A DNA stretch of 62,945 nucleotides, counting the filler, from Porpidia crustulata (Eukaryota), in assembly GCA_964255105.1 (NCBI GenBank). It is 18 parts of 18 records of this genome, joined end to end, with 100 filler letters (N's around TTAATTAATTAA, not from the genome) between each part and the next. Parts side by side here need not be neighbours in the genome. Positions count along the whole stretch, not along the records: positions 59,613 to 62,945 come from CAXUWE010002320.1; 17 more parts are not named here. One strand, written 5' to 3'. Below, one piece after another: positions 62,785 to 62,945 of this stretch. Numbering within the stretch: position 1 is the first letter of the stretch; each line of letters opens with the position of its first letter. The translations under genes and the position numbers were made by a program. The notes under the pieces were generated by a model that was not told the origin of the DNA, did no database searches, and saw only the letters and a list, made by a program, of their open reading frames with translations.

Positions 62785-62945
62785 TGCATTTGGAGAGACA
62801 AGAAAGGGAGGTGAAGATGTAGAGTGGTAGTAGATGGTGGAAGGATCCTCTATGGTAGGTCGGCGGACTGTGTGTAGATGATGGTAGTGGTGGTGGTGAA
62901 CTAATTGGTTGGTGGTTAGAGAGTTTAGGGGGGAGGGAGATTGGC

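Overview
This is eukaryotic DNA from a filamentous ascomycete (Pezizomycotina), shown by GT-AG introns with CTRAC/CTAAY branch sites and a Ste12 carrying C2H2 fingers. A lichen-forming lineage is plausible but only an impression. The window is not a contiguous locus. It is 18 short contigs (3479 down to 3333 bp, sorted by decreasing length) joined by 17 artificial 100-bp linkers (N44-TTAATTAATTAA-N44), so gene neighbourhood across linkers is meaningless. Recognisable genes: a P-loop sulfotransferase-family protein, exopolyphosphatase PPX1, a Clg1/Pcl-like cyclin, an Mbp1/Res-type MBF subunit, an MFS monocarboxylate-type transporter, an N-terminal NACHT_N (NLR-like) fragment, an Hbn1/Frm2-like nitroreductase, a lipocalin-like protein, an Ecm15-like protein, ISC1, STE12, an M13 peptidase 3' end, a Zn2Cys6 transcription factor, DBP3 and a GH15-CBM20 glucoamylase. 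Decayed material includes a Tc1/mariner transposase relic, two MITE-like fold-back elements and at least three nonsense-disrupted genes. I found no convincing novel multi-gene system. The most unusual signal is a C->T hypermutation footprint biased to CpC context (CC/GG-free tracts, TGG->TGA, CCC->TTC), unlike canonical CpA RIP. Other candidates are a stop-start uORF pair before the cyclin, MCB sites upstream of the MBF gene itself, and a skippable 84-nt zinc-finger exon in STE12.
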